A stretch of DNA of 63,137 nt, the filler included, from Collodictyon triciliatum (taxonomy: Eukaryota): assembly GCA_043381765.1 (NCBI GenBank). It is 14 parts of 14 records of this genome, joined end to end, with 100 filler letters (N's around TTAATTAATTAA, not from the genome) between each part and the next. Parts side by side here need not be neighbours in the genome. Positions count along the whole stretch, not along the records: positions 23,215 to 27,753 come from JBHJMP010005979.1; positions 27,854 to 32,394 come from JBHJMP010005980.1; positions 32,495 to 37,030 come from JBHJMP010005981.1; positions 37,131 to 41,665 come from JBHJMP010005982.1; 10 more parts are not named here. The stretch is one strand, 5' to 3'. A model generated the notes under the pieces. The model had not been told where the DNA came from, made no database searches, and worked only from the letters and a program-made list of their open reading frames with translations. Below are positions 26,401 through 38,822 of this stretch, piece by piece. The position numbers and the translations under genes were made by a program. Positions within the stretch are counted from its first letter, which is position 1. Every line of letters starts with the position of its first letter.

Positions 26401-27853
26401 ATTCGTGTTTGATACGACCATAAATACTTTTCTTGACCAGTTTTACTTCTCTTTGTGTTTATGCGAATCCAGTAAGTTTAAGTTAAGTTTGAATTATTCA
26501 CTTTTTTTTTTATTATTTGTGCAATATGATTTTATACATATTTTTTGTTTGTTTTCACTTCAGTAGCTAACAAGTATGCGAACAGATGGAAGAGCCGCAT
26601 GTGGAGTCACATCCCTCACAAATGTGCCAGTGATGTGGATAAATAGAGACCTCACATACATAATAAGGACAGTGTCATGCGAAATTACTTAACATTCTCT
26701 ACTGCAACAACAGGTAGAAATATCGCCTATGCTTACACGCTCTGAAGCTTTATGAACACGTTTGCTAAAAATTTCAAATACATACATATAACTACAACTT
26801 AATATTTTACAAAAAATATTACATTAATAGTTGAACAACACTGCCGGTGCCTTACAGGCTCAAAGAAAGTAGTAAAGTTGAAAAGGCCACGCAAATCCTA
26901 AATCTTGAAGAAATTACAATAACATATATTTCATAAAAAAAATATAATAAAACTATCATATTGAGAGCAAGTGACACACGCGCAAGAGTAGAATACTCTC
27001 CACACAGGTTGTGTAAATTATGATTTCTTACATATAATTTAATAATAAAAAATAGCAAAATTTTCCAGGAACACAATATATGCAAACAAAATCAACATAC
27101 CTTACAATATTTTTGCATAGGATGAAATGTATGCCTTTCGCCCATAAAACACAGAACAATGTACTGCAAATAATAATACTTTTAATAATTTTATATCCTT
27201 CGTTCAATTCAAAGAAAGGGTTTTTTTTTGCATTTTTCTACAGTCCGCCGTTGTTTTTGCACCTTGTTTGAACGCATGAACACGTCGGATTCGGGTCAAG
27301 GTCAGCTTGGTACGGGAGCTGGATTCTTGCTTCATCACTATGCATCCGAGTGTGTTGAGAAATATTGCAACTCTAAACGGCTGCACCTAACAGGGCCCTG
27401 ACACGGATTCGATCCGAGGCCAAACTTTCCCCCGGAGGCATCCTATTGTCTTATTTATTAATTCAAAATATATCGTAGCACCCTGGAGATAATCTGAAGC
27501 GCGGATATTTCAATGATGTGTCATTTTTTTGGAATGAAAGATAAATACATATATTTTCTTAATCAAGTGAATTACGTTCCCGTTTGAAACTATGAATGCT
27601 ATTTTTCAGACTATTTCATAAGCATGCATAGAGCTTTATCGGCGATGCAAGTTAAGTGCATGTCACAGACTAGCTCGTCTTTTGGCTTTTCGAGTGGGTC
27701 AAAGGCACAGTGCTTCAAGGATTCCAGATGTTGAGTTATATGATTTAATATTANNNNNNNNNNNNNNNNNNNNNNNNNNNNNNNNNNNNNNNNNNNNTTA
27801 ATTAATTAANNNNNNNNNNNNNNNNNNNNNNNNNNNNNNNNNNNNNNNNNNNN

Positions 27854-28561
27854 AACCCCGCAAGTCCTTCCAAATCACCGCTCTCTAATGCTTAATATCA
27901 CCAATAGGGAGCTATGGATAGGCACACGCGCGGCAAAAGCTGGCAAAGTCTCCCAACAATGCACACTTTGCAGCGACGGTGATGAATCCATTGAGCACAC
28001 ATTTTTTACAATGTCCCTTCGCTCAAAACCTGCGCGAAACAGCCGGTGAGATTCTTCAGCTGACACTCAAGACAGCTGCGGCTGTTGGGCCAATCCAGGC
28101 GATGTTTGGGCCTCTGCAACAGCTGCGTCCAGATGCAAAAACATTCTGGGCAGTAACGCGAGGCCATTTTCTATGGACTATGTGGATAGCACGCATATAC
28201 TCACGCAAAGTAAGGGTCAACAACCAGCCACACATTCCTGATAATAGGCTGGATGACATCATACAAATCTCTTTTCTCACCAGCTTTCTTCGCCACCTGC
28301 ACGTTCTCTATTACTCAGACCCTGTGAGAAGAGATATGTGGAAAGAAGCTGAGAAAGATGTTAAACCTCGCCTTGTGTCTCTCATGCAAGCACAAGACCC
28401 AGGCTACAGGCCAAACCGCAGGATGCAATTCCTGATTACCGACTATTTCTCCACCACCCGGCCAACAAGTAGCGTCCATGCAAACGATGGCTAGCGAACC
28501 AAAGCCAGAATCCCTCAATATTCTGCACAAAATTGAAAAAAAGAAGAAAAAGGAAAAAAAA
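27854..28561 (+). mobile_element. 3' end of L1/Tx1-type non-LTR retrotransposon ORF2 (zf-RVT-like CCHC) with short 3' UTR and A-rich tail
   Basis: CTLCSDGDESIEHTF(+1 frameshift in T run)LQCPFAQNL...FLWTMWIAR; C-x2-C-x8-H-x4-C knuckle; stop at 28494; A-rich tail ~28535-28561; two more copies in the window. Confidence 0.85.
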
Positions 28562-28657
28562 ATGAACCCCTGGAATAGCCATACGCCGCATCGCGCATAT
28601 TACAAAGTCTCACCTTCAAAAAAAAAAAGGGAGAAGCAAGATACCCACCCACGCAGA

Positions 28658-29790
28658 ATGCTGAGCAGCGAGTACCAAGACAATGACGGCAGCGACGACG
28701 ACCAGCAAGCGAACAAAGACACAGAGCACCGCGACACAGAATGGGGCCTGGGTAGGAGACTCGGGTCGAGCTGAAGCAACTGCTCCACCTCGGAATCCCC
28801 ACAGTATTGACAAATCTGCTGCTGTTCCTACTGCATACTACGGACCAGATGATGGTGGGGCACCAAGGCAAGAATGAGCTGGCAGCAACAGCGCTGGGCA
28901 ACACATGGTTCAAACTGTCGTGGTTCTTTTGCGTCGGTGTGAGCACCTATCTCGACACATGCTGGGGACATGATGCTGCCATTGCGCGGCTGACGGGAGA
29001 CTACTGCCTCTGGCTGATTCCCGGGGTGTCGTTTCTCGCTGTGACCACGGTCCTGCAGGAGCACCAGCAGGCGCAAGGCTGTATGGCTCCGTGTCTGGCC
29101 TGGGCCTTGCTGCCAACCTCTTCAACATCCTAGCAAACTATGCGCTCATCTGCACTGCGGAACTCGGGCTCACAGGCACAGCCATGGCGACGTCTCTGAT
29201 GCGCGCGATGCTCAGAGCGGGCTTTGCCTGGTGGGTATGACAGACGGATGTATGTGACGAGGCAGCAGCCGGAGTCATGGCTGCGCTGGAGGTCTCGAGC
29301 TTCCAAGGAGCCGCGATTCTGGCCGAGGCAGCGGGTGACATTGTTGCGCTGGATGCCCACGTCATCCTCCTGACCGTCTGCATCCTGCTCTACGTGGCGC
29401 TGGACATCTGCGGGGCTGTCCTTGTCGGGCTTATGCTGCTGTCCTTCGTTGCGACCCCAATTCATCTCGCACGTGCCTATGTGCCTGCGGCCTTCACCAG
29501 CGACATGCGGCCGCCCTCGTCCCAGTCGGCGCCCTCTTCTACATTGCCGACAGGCTGCAAGGCATCGCGGTCTGGGCCGTCACCGTCTGGTTGCTGTCAG
29601 GTATCTTCTCGGCTACTCGCTCGTCACCATGCCTCTGGCGGCACTCCTGGCTTTACGCCTCCCTTTCCTGCCCGACCTCTGCATCGGCCTCGTCGGCATC
29701 TTGTGGGCACTCTTTACCGTCGCATTAGCCCCCACGGACAGGCACGCTTGCGCCCACGGCGCTCCTACTTATCTCCTTCAGGACGTCTGC
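28658..29790 (+). pseudogene. Intronless, GC-rich MATE (SLC47/DTX-like) transporter pseudogene
   Basis: Fragments in shifting frames: ELKQLLHLGIPTVLTNLL...DQMMVGHQGKNELAATALGN...GVSTYLDT; YCLWLIPG...LQEHQQAQG; ANLFNILANYALI...LGLTGTAMATS; MAALEVSSFQGAAILA...VALDAH. Frameshifts plus an internal deletion after LDT. Confidence 0.82.
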
Positions 29791-30075
29791 AGCAGTGCAC
29801 AGCTATCCGTCCCAATCAATTATTCTTTGCTAGGCCTAAAGTCGCAAAAATGGTGAGGTCTTCTATTCTCTTCTTCCTCCTCCTGCTCTGTTATCGATAC
29901 CAATACAAATATATGTTCCGGTCTGTGCTCTCTGGGGTCGATTATGGCTGAAAGGAGACAAAGTGCTCTGTGGGTGTAGGATTAAGTGGATGTGATGATT
30001 TCTTAACAAATTAAGGTCTGGTATTCACCCTCAGCCCTGTATGGCTCGGGTAGGGAAGGAAATAAAAATAAAAAT

Positions 30076-30204
30076 GATATTGATATTGATATTGATATTG
30101 ATATTGATATTGATATTGATATTGATATTGATATTGATATTGATATTGATATTGATATTGATATTGATATTGATATTGATATTGATATTGATATTGATAT
30201 TGAT
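30076..30204. repeat. (GATATT)n hexanucleotide microsatellite
   Basis: Direct reading. Confidence 0.92.
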
Positions 30205-30905
30205 ACTAGCTTCGGTACCTGTGCTTCGCCTCGGAATGGGTGAAAACAAAAAAGAAAACATATAAACGGATGAACGAAGCATAACAATTAATACTGAGCA
30301 CTATATTCATAATTATTTTGCTCTCTGTGAGTTGATGGCTAGAACATGAAGCCTACTAACCCTTTCATCAGGCCTTTCTTGTTCTCTTCGATTCATTGCG
30401 CGGATTGCTTGGTCATGAAGCCATTCTTCTATTTGCTGCAGTGTCTCCTTTTGCTTTCTTTGCCTGTCGTACACCTGCATATTTGCTAGTTCGGTTTCCC
30501 TTTTTTTTTCAGGCGACTCATTATGCTTATCATATTGCAGCTGCTTTTTTCTTATGTCCTTCTCAAATTATGGGAATTTACTTGGTCGTCGCTCATGCAG
30601 ATAGGACGCGATGAAATGACCTTTCTGCTTATCTTATTGCTCAATCAAATCGAACTAATTGGTTTTATATGTATGCCATTCGATATTCAAACTTCTTAAC
30701 ACAATATCAGCATGAAAAGCCGTCAATTATATATCTCAATCTCTTCTAATGACATAAAACTTACACTGTTTTTACGGAGCTGTTTTAACCCACTTTATTA
30801 AGGTGAATATACTTGCATTGACTATTATTTCTAGGGGCAAAGAAGGGTATAAACTTGTCGCGCCTAATTAATAGTAATATGGATGGGCTCTATATGGGAG
30901 TAGGA

Positions 30906-31535
30906 CGGCTTTGGAAGGACGCTGAGAACTCCGGCAGCCACCATGGAGCGATGATACGCAGCATCGGGTACAGCACTTATATGGAGCTTGAAGTGTACCA
31001 GGCGCCACGCAATCACCAGCCGCGCCAGCAACGTCTCCAACAAGTACCAGCGCTCGCACATACATTTCGCCTGGATGACCCGGAAGATGTTATCCTTGAT
31101 AAACTTTTTCAAAAGGTCCTTCTTAAACACCTGCCGCGCTCCGATCTTGAGTGCCTTGTCGTGCACTGCACTTCGAAAGTCATTATTTTCAGAGTGGGTT
31201 TTGTTAGTCGTGTGTCTTAAGCCTTTCTTTTTCTTTTTTCTTTTTTCTTTTTTCTTTTTTCTTTTTTCTTTTTTCTTTTTTCTTTTTTCTTTTTTCTTTT
31301 TTCTTTTTTCTTTTTTCTTTTTTCTTTTTCTGGAATGGTTTAAAATAGGTTGAAGCGGTGGAAGGCAAGCGCGCAGAAGCAAAACAGGTGGCAATAGACC
31401 CACTCCTGCCTCGCCTTGGCCGTCGATGATAATACAGCAGTAGATCTAGTAGTCCTGTCTAAAAGCCACTTGAGGATGCAGGATGTGTTGAGGCCGCCCG
31501 AGTAGGCCAGTTCAACCTTCTCCTCGGCGAATGTT
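30906..31535 (-). pseudogene. ASS1: Argininosuccinate synthase pseudogene (N-terminal part)
   Basis: KVELAYSGGLNTSCILKWLLD (canonical LAYSGGLDTS); DFRSAVHDKALKIGARQVFKKDL...YLLETLLARLVIA (canonical KALKLGAKKVF...YLLGTSLARP); after a deletion and frameshift, LRIIAPWWLPEF (canonical IAPWR.PEF). The HGATGKGNDQ motif is missing. Confidence 0.85.
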
Positions 31536-32831
31536 TTGGCAGTGATTCTGATATTATTTTTTTTTTTTCCTTTATTCGATTCAAAGTGTAGCGAGGTGGC
31601 AGTGATTCTGATGTTAATGCTGATGCTGATGCTGATGCTGATGCTGATGCTGATGGGTTGAGCATAACCTTCGTTCCTATGTGCCAACAAAAAGGTGTGC
31701 CTTACTCAGCCGCTGAGAGACAATTCTCAAAGAGGCACCTTGTCCAGAGAGGCATTTGTTGGGCTCAGCGCGGAAGGAAAGAACGTCCGCCAAGCGTGGC
31801 TTTATGCGTTCTGTTTGCTATTGAGGCAGCACCCGTTTCTCGCCTCTTCATGTTTCTTAATTCCTGTTGATACGCCCACCATCACCCCACCAACGCCGCT
31901 GAGGAATGTGATGTGATAGTGTGTCTGAAGGGATTAAGGATTTGTTCAGCAACCACAGCTTCATGACTTTATCACTGTAGATGCATGTGCGTCTTTGGTT
32001 GGCTGAACTCTGCAACGATGTAGGGAAAGAATTCGTGACGTCGGGTACATGGTTCGTTTGTGTCATGTGCGTTTTGCTTGGGTGGCTAGCATGTGGCTTG
32101 CTGTGGCAATTCTTTCTGGCATGGAGACTCAGCACATTAAGCAAAAACTATGCAAATAGAATATGGCCAACTTTTTTTCATCATTGGAGATACATGTGTC
32201 ATTCTTGTGCTTACATACATGACTCTGCTCATTGTTTTATTGTTTTTGATTGTTTTTGATTGATTGGTTTTTATTGGTTTTTATTGGTTTTTATTGGTTT
32301 TTATTGGTTTTTTATTGGTTTTTTATTGGTTTTTTATTGGTTTTTTATTGGTTTTTTATTGGTTTTTTATTGGTTTTTTATTGGTTTTTTATTGNNNNNN
32401 NNNNNNNNNNNNNNNNNNNNNNNNNNNNNNNNNNNNNNTTAATTAATTAANNNNNNNNNNNNNNNNNNNNNNNNNNNNNNNNNNNNNNNNNNNNTTTTTC
32501 TTTTCTCTTTTTTCTTTTTTCTTTTTTCTTTTTTCTTTTTTCTTTTTTCTTTTTTCTTTTTTCTTTTTTCTTTTTTCTTTTTTCTTTTTTCTTTTTTCTT
32601 TTTTCTTTTCTTTTCCTTTTTTCTTTTCCTTTTTGCTTTTTCTTACTTTTTTTACTTTTTCTTTTTCTTTTTCTTTTCTATTTTTTCTTTTTCTTTTCTA
32701 TTTTTCTTTTTCTTTTTCTTTTTCTTTTCCTTTTTACTTTTTCTTACTTTTTTTTACTTTTTCTTTTTTCTTTTTTCTTTTTTCTTTTTTCTTTTCTTTT
32801 CTCTTTCTTTTTTTTTTTCTTTTTCTTTTTC

Positions 32832-32863
<32 letters not shown>

Positions 32864-33229
32864 TTTCTTTTTCTTTTTCTTTTTCTTACTTTTCTTGCGC
32901 AAAGATCACCTTAGATCATAAAAACCCAGACGCAAACAAACGGAGAAGACAACCCACAGATAAACCTAATGTGGATTTTACACTTCAGTTTCGTTTCATC
33001 GAATTTTCTACATGCCAAAAAATAGTAATCAAACCCCAACTTTTTTTTGTCCTATTGTTATTATCCTTTTTTTCTTTTTGCCATAGTTTCCCACGGCGCC
33101 GATTCGATAGCAAAGCACCAAAGCCATTTCCTCGACTTCCTTCATTCTATACGGAGAACTGCACTTAACAAAAGACTACAAAACGCCAGAAAAGTCCGAA
33201 AAACACAGAGTAAGAGACAAAGCGCCATC

Positions 33230-36200
33230 ATGTCCGGATCCAAAGCAGGTCGGCAATCCTCCGTCAACTTGGAGCTCGTCAAGTCGTATGTGCCGCCCGT
33301 CTTTACGTGCTCTTACAATCGCCGTGACTTGATTATCTACGCCATCGGAGTTGGCGCACGCGAGCTGCCCTTCGTCTACGAGAACGGTGAGTTTTTTTTT
33401 TTAATCCTTTGTTTTTCTTGGCGCTGTGTATTGTCGATAACAGATCCTGAGGTATTGCATCCAACTAGCTTGCTAAAAACAATCTGCTATTGGTTTTTTT
33501 TTGTATTTTTTTTTATCTATTTCTTCTTTTTTTACATAGTATTATTTATTAAATTAGAGCATTCTTCTGCTTCATAATATTTACCTATTATAAAACCGCA
33601 GATGAAAACTTCTCTGCCCTCCCGACCTATCCTGTTGTTTTAACGATGAAAAGAGACAGCTTTGATATTGTCCCATTCACTGGAGGGATGAGTGAGTAAT
33701 TGTACATTCACAACTTTGTGATTTATTTTAATTTTTGTTCACAAGAGGAAGACCCATGATTGAAAGATCTCTTCGTGTTTTTTTTTTTTTTATTTATTTA
33801 TGATTTTTCAGACATCCCAGGGCTTTCGATCGATCCAAACATGGTAACCTTCTTTCGAACACACACGCATAAATAAGAAATTGAAAAATCATAGAACTTT
33901 AGTGGTCACAGATCGAATATGCTGCGATGGCATATTTGGTTGTGCAACCAGAAAGAATACTGTTTGATTATCTTGTGTTAAAGATTGACTATACTCTCAA
34001 TAAAAGGTCTCTTTTTTCTTCTTTTTTTTTTTTTTGGATTTGTTGATTTTTGTGGCTTTGATAGATTCTTCATGGAGAGCAAGAGTTACAAATTCTCAAG
34101 AATCTTCCCCTCGAAGGACAATTTGAGCAACACACCAGAGTGATTGGCTTGTATGATAAGGTAAGCATGAGATGAAAATGTCCACTATTGCATATACCAA
34201 ATGCGCCACGGAATCACATTTCATCTATTCTACTTTTCCATCGGCATTCGTCTGTACCGAAGGGAAAAGGAGCTCTTCTAGTCACTGAAACATCCATGAA
34301 ATGTCCAAAGACCGGAGATGTCTATGCAAAATCTATCTCAAGTGCATTCATTCGCGGCCTAACCAATTTCGGGGTTTTTTCCATAAATTTTTTATCAACG
34401 ACTTTTAAAGCCAATCGTACGATTCTGAAACATGTGAAGAGAAAATAGCAATTGAGTCATCAAAACATGGCCTGTGTTAACAAATGAAACCATTTGTCAT
34501 TTTCGTTTTACTTGGGCATAATACGCTCACTGACTGAATAGGGTGAGAGAGGACCGACACCAGCAGCCTACAATCCTCCCAGTCGAGTCCCTGACGCTGT
34601 CCACGAGTTTAAGACATCCGAAGACCAAGCTTCAATCTATCGCTTGTCAGGGTAAGCTTGAACCCTCTGAAGAAAACACTTAATTTTGCTGAATTTTGCA
34701 AATGAGTTAGGTGTATTATGTTCAAAGAAATGTAATTTGGGTATTTTCTCGCAATAGTGACTACAACTCGCTTCATATTGACCCCAAGGTAGCTCAAGCT
34801 GTGGGTTTCCCGAAACCTATTCTACATGGGTTATGTAGCTTTGGAGTGGCTGGTGGGTTGACATCTTGATATTTTTCTTGAATTTTTTTCATAATATAAT
34901 TGCTCTGTTCAATTAATAGATAAACGCTCACACTAAAGAAATATTTTTTTATTTCCCTCAATGACACATTTTATCAAAACCAATTATGTCATTGAAAGCT
35001 CGCGCTATCCTCGGTGCTTTTTGTCAAAACGATACATCAAAGTTTAAGGGAATTAAGGTTTCGTATACATTTACATAAGTTAATTAGAATGCCACAATTT
35101 CTATGTGCTATTTCGTCGTATTTATTGACCTTTTTTCTAATTGTGTGTGTGTCATCTACCTTTACACTTTGAAACAGGCCAGATTTGCAAGCCCCGTTTT
35201 CCCCGGTGAAACGCTGGTCACAGAAATGTGGAAGGAAAAGAATGAAGTCATCTTCCAAGTGAAGGTTTTTGCGCGTTTTGAAATGATTCTTCTTTAAAAC
35301 ACTGTGATTCAATGTATTTGCGGTGTGATAAAGTTTCTACCTAAATTAAATAGGTGAAGGAACGAAATGTTATTGTCATCAACAACTCTGTAGTGACGCT
35401 TGCTGAATCAGAGCCTGAAGAACCCAAATCAAAGATGCTATTTGACGGTAATATACAAAAGCATATTCAAGTCTAACTGTCATCTTTTTGCTACTGGATA
35501 AGGAATTCTTGTGACAATATTAATCACATTGAAAATATATCAAAGCGATGCCTGTGGTTATTGAAGAAAATAAGTGGCTTTTGAAACGCATCGACTCAAT
35601 TTATGAAGTAACTTCTTTTCTTTTCTTTTTCCATCCAAATTCATTATCTTTCATTAACTCCCCTTTTACTATTCATATTTCACATTATTATCTCGCTTAA
35701 CAAATTCATAATATTGCAAAAAGTTCCGCATCACTGGTCCACACAAATTACAATATACTGTTGATTTGAAGCGTGGAAAGGTCGTTGCAGTGAGTTTTCC
35801 CTTTCTGAATGGTCATCCTTAAACGATTATAATATGCAATAATAAATCAATTAAAAATGAGTTCTCCAGGGCGTGACCTCGGCTAAACCAGACTGCATTT
35901 TCACAATCAGGTGATAAAAAAAAAAAAAAAAAAGAAGGTTTTAATCAATTGAGTACACAAATTTTGCCCCACTAAACTAGTTACCCATCATTGAAGTGAC
36001 GATGATTACTATGCCATGAGTCTCGGTGAGCTGAATTCACAAAAAGTAAGCTACTCGCTTTATATTTTCTTGCATTCCGTGAAGTTTATCCTTGCTTTTA
36101 TATTGCTTACATGTAACCAAGGCAATTTAATTGACTGGGATATTAATCGGCTGTGGGATTTTGGAATGAAGGCTTATGAGAGCGGACGTCTTACTATTGA

Positions 36201-36655
36201 AGGAGACAAAGTTAAAGCACAGAAACTAGCTCTTCTTCAGCAGGTTGACATCACGATTATCTCTTTTCCTTACGCAATCCATTAAAGGAATGTAATATGT
36301 ACAAATCTCTAACATCGATAAGAAAAAACATACTTGATTAAAATGCTTGAGGCTAAACCTCCATATGTTGATCCAATGATTCTGATTACGACTGTGACAA
36401 TAGGCTGCGCTTAATGGAGAAAATTTTCTCAAATCTGCTGTGCTTTTTGAAGGTTTTATTTACTTCAATTATAAGTTATTAATAAATTAATCGAACAAAG
36501 TAGAATGATGTATTCGTCTTTAAGATTTTTATATCTCATCAACTTAGAATATGGAATAAGGTTCAAATTGTAATCAAGCATATGTTTGCACAGGAATGGA
36601 GTTTGTCATGAAACAAAGACCTGACCTTGTGAAGAAAATCAACGGAGTTTTCCAG
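33230..36655 (+). CDS. Peroxisomal-type 2-enoyl-CoA hydratase 2 (double hotdog/MaoC) fused to at least two SCP2 domains; 17 exons seen, 3' partial
   Basis: [14 protein letters not shown]...[50 protein letters not shown]...[29 protein letters not shown]2 #1: YTVDLKRG...[40 protein letters not shown]2 #2 start: [29 protein letters not shown]. Confidence 0.9.
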
Positions 36656-38822
36656 GTTACCCATTCATGCGTATGCTATTGTATGTTGGTTTCTTTTCTT
36701 TTTTTTACTCTTTCCTCTTTCCTCTTTCCTCTTTCCTCTTTCCTCTTTCCTCTTTCCTCTTTCCTCTTTCCTCTTTCCTCTTTCCTCTTTCCTCTTTCCT
36801 CTTTCCTCTTTCCCTTTTTTCTTTTTTTCTTTTTTTCTTTTTCCGTTTTCCTTTCTCCCTTTTCTTTTTTCCTTTTTTTTCCTTTTTTTTCCTTTTTTTC
36901 CTTTTTTTCCTTTTTTTTCCTTTTTTTTCTTTTTTTTTCCTTTTTTTTTCCCTTTTTTCCATATTCCATTTTACTTTTTACTTTTTCTTTTCTCTTTTTC
37001 TTTTCTCTTTTTCTTTTCTCTTTTTCTTTTNNNNNNNNNNNNNNNNNNNNNNNNNNNNNNNNNNNNNNNNNNNNTTAATTAATTAANNNNNNNNNNNNNN
37101 NNNNNNNNNNNNNNNNNNNNNNNNNNNNNNTATGTTTGTTTTATGTTTGTTTTATGTTTGTTTTATGTTTGTTTTATGTTTGTTTTATGTTTGTTTTATG
37201 TTTGTTTTATGTTTGTTTTATGTTTGTTTTATGTTTGTTTTTTGTTTGACAGGAGTACCTCTATAGTATCAAACTTGCGGTAGAGGGCGTGTCTTCAGCA
37301 CAGAAACGGTCTCGATCCACTTATAGAAAATCACTGATGCGGCTGCAAAGTCGAACGGGTTTTTCAGCCGGGAGTGAGCCTACGAAGAAAACGTGTCGAA
37401 TTGGAAAATATGGTTGAAAAATTTTATTGAACCCTATCTGTTATTTTAAGCCACGTAAAAATCGATTTTTCTACCTAAATATATATATATTAGCAGACCA
37501 TATATCGTACCACTCGAAGATTTATACTCTGCACGGCTTCCTGAAAGTTTTTTCTCAACTGTTTCAAGATTTCTGCGAAGGCCCTCTTATGATGGAATAG
37601 ACAAGGGTGATGGAACAAACCCGTAGCAATCCACCACTAGTGATTCACACTAGGATTGCTTCTCCCATCGGGCATTATGGTGTTAATGACAGAACTGCTT
37701 TATGACATTTCTTTCCAGCCATTATGTCATTGTAGAGTTATTCGTGTTTTGGACTGGGCTTTGAATGAACCGTGCATCGCCGCGATGCATGTCACTTGGC
37801 TTTTTTTACTTATTAATATCTCTTCCTCATCTTTTTCTTTGGTTTTTTTTTTTTTTTTACTTCTACACATCAAAAAACACGATCGACTACTGCAAGAAGC
37901 TCCGGGGTTGTTATGGTGAACGCTCCTGCACGCTTCGATGCTGCACAAGAGCTTTGAGCCGCTTCCATCTTTTTGCTACTCATCTGGCCTTTCTATTCTG
38001 CATTATGCTTCTGTTCTGACATGTCCAAACCAAGTATTTGCCCGCCAAAAAGAAAATGAAGAAAATAGAAATCAGTCGAAGCGCTGTGGGGTTGACAGAG
38101 ACAAACTCGAAAGACCGATTGGAGCCAAGCAAAGGACAAGCGAAAGTTGACAATATGTAGATGTTGCGCTCGGTCAGTCTTCCGTGAATAATTTAAGGGA
38201 CAAAGAAAGAAGAAAAAGACACAACCACGGACGGCGGAGGAGAAAATGATACTACCAAATCCCCACTGATACGAGGGGCTGTGGATTTGAATATGATTTA
38301 TCTGAAGTTCAAGGTATGTGGTGCCTGTGAAGCGCCTCGTGGGCTGATTGTTCTAGAGAGTGTGTCAGGCAAAGTTTGTGGATTTTGCCCGTAGAATTTG
38401 AATAAAAAGGAGCATTTGGAAAGGATATAAGGCTGCTTAACAAAACAAATGCCTGTTTGCTGTGCGGTAGGATAGGCTGTTTGCATAGCACGTTTGGCCA
38501 ACGTAATTGCTACATAACAAATTTGTGATTACCCAACCAAGAAAACTATGCCTAGGAATTAATCAGAGCCAATTATGTATATTTCATGCCATAAGTTTGC
38601 GGCTACATATGAAGGAGAAAATGAGAATAAGAAAAGAGTTTTCACTAAGGGGTTTCGAAAAATCTCTGGTATACTAGATATGATAAATGTGTATGCAATA
38701 CGCATCCGCAAATTGGTAGTAATCATATTTGAAGAAAATGGTGTGGTATTCTTACATTTTGGATTGAAAACATATGCACATATCCATCTGCACCTTAATA
38801 AATATTATTGTGCGTATGGAAC

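Noticed and set aside
37253-38150. Plus-strand exon-like fragments
   Set aside because: Probably the 3' part of a gene, but splice phases and identity could not be resolved.
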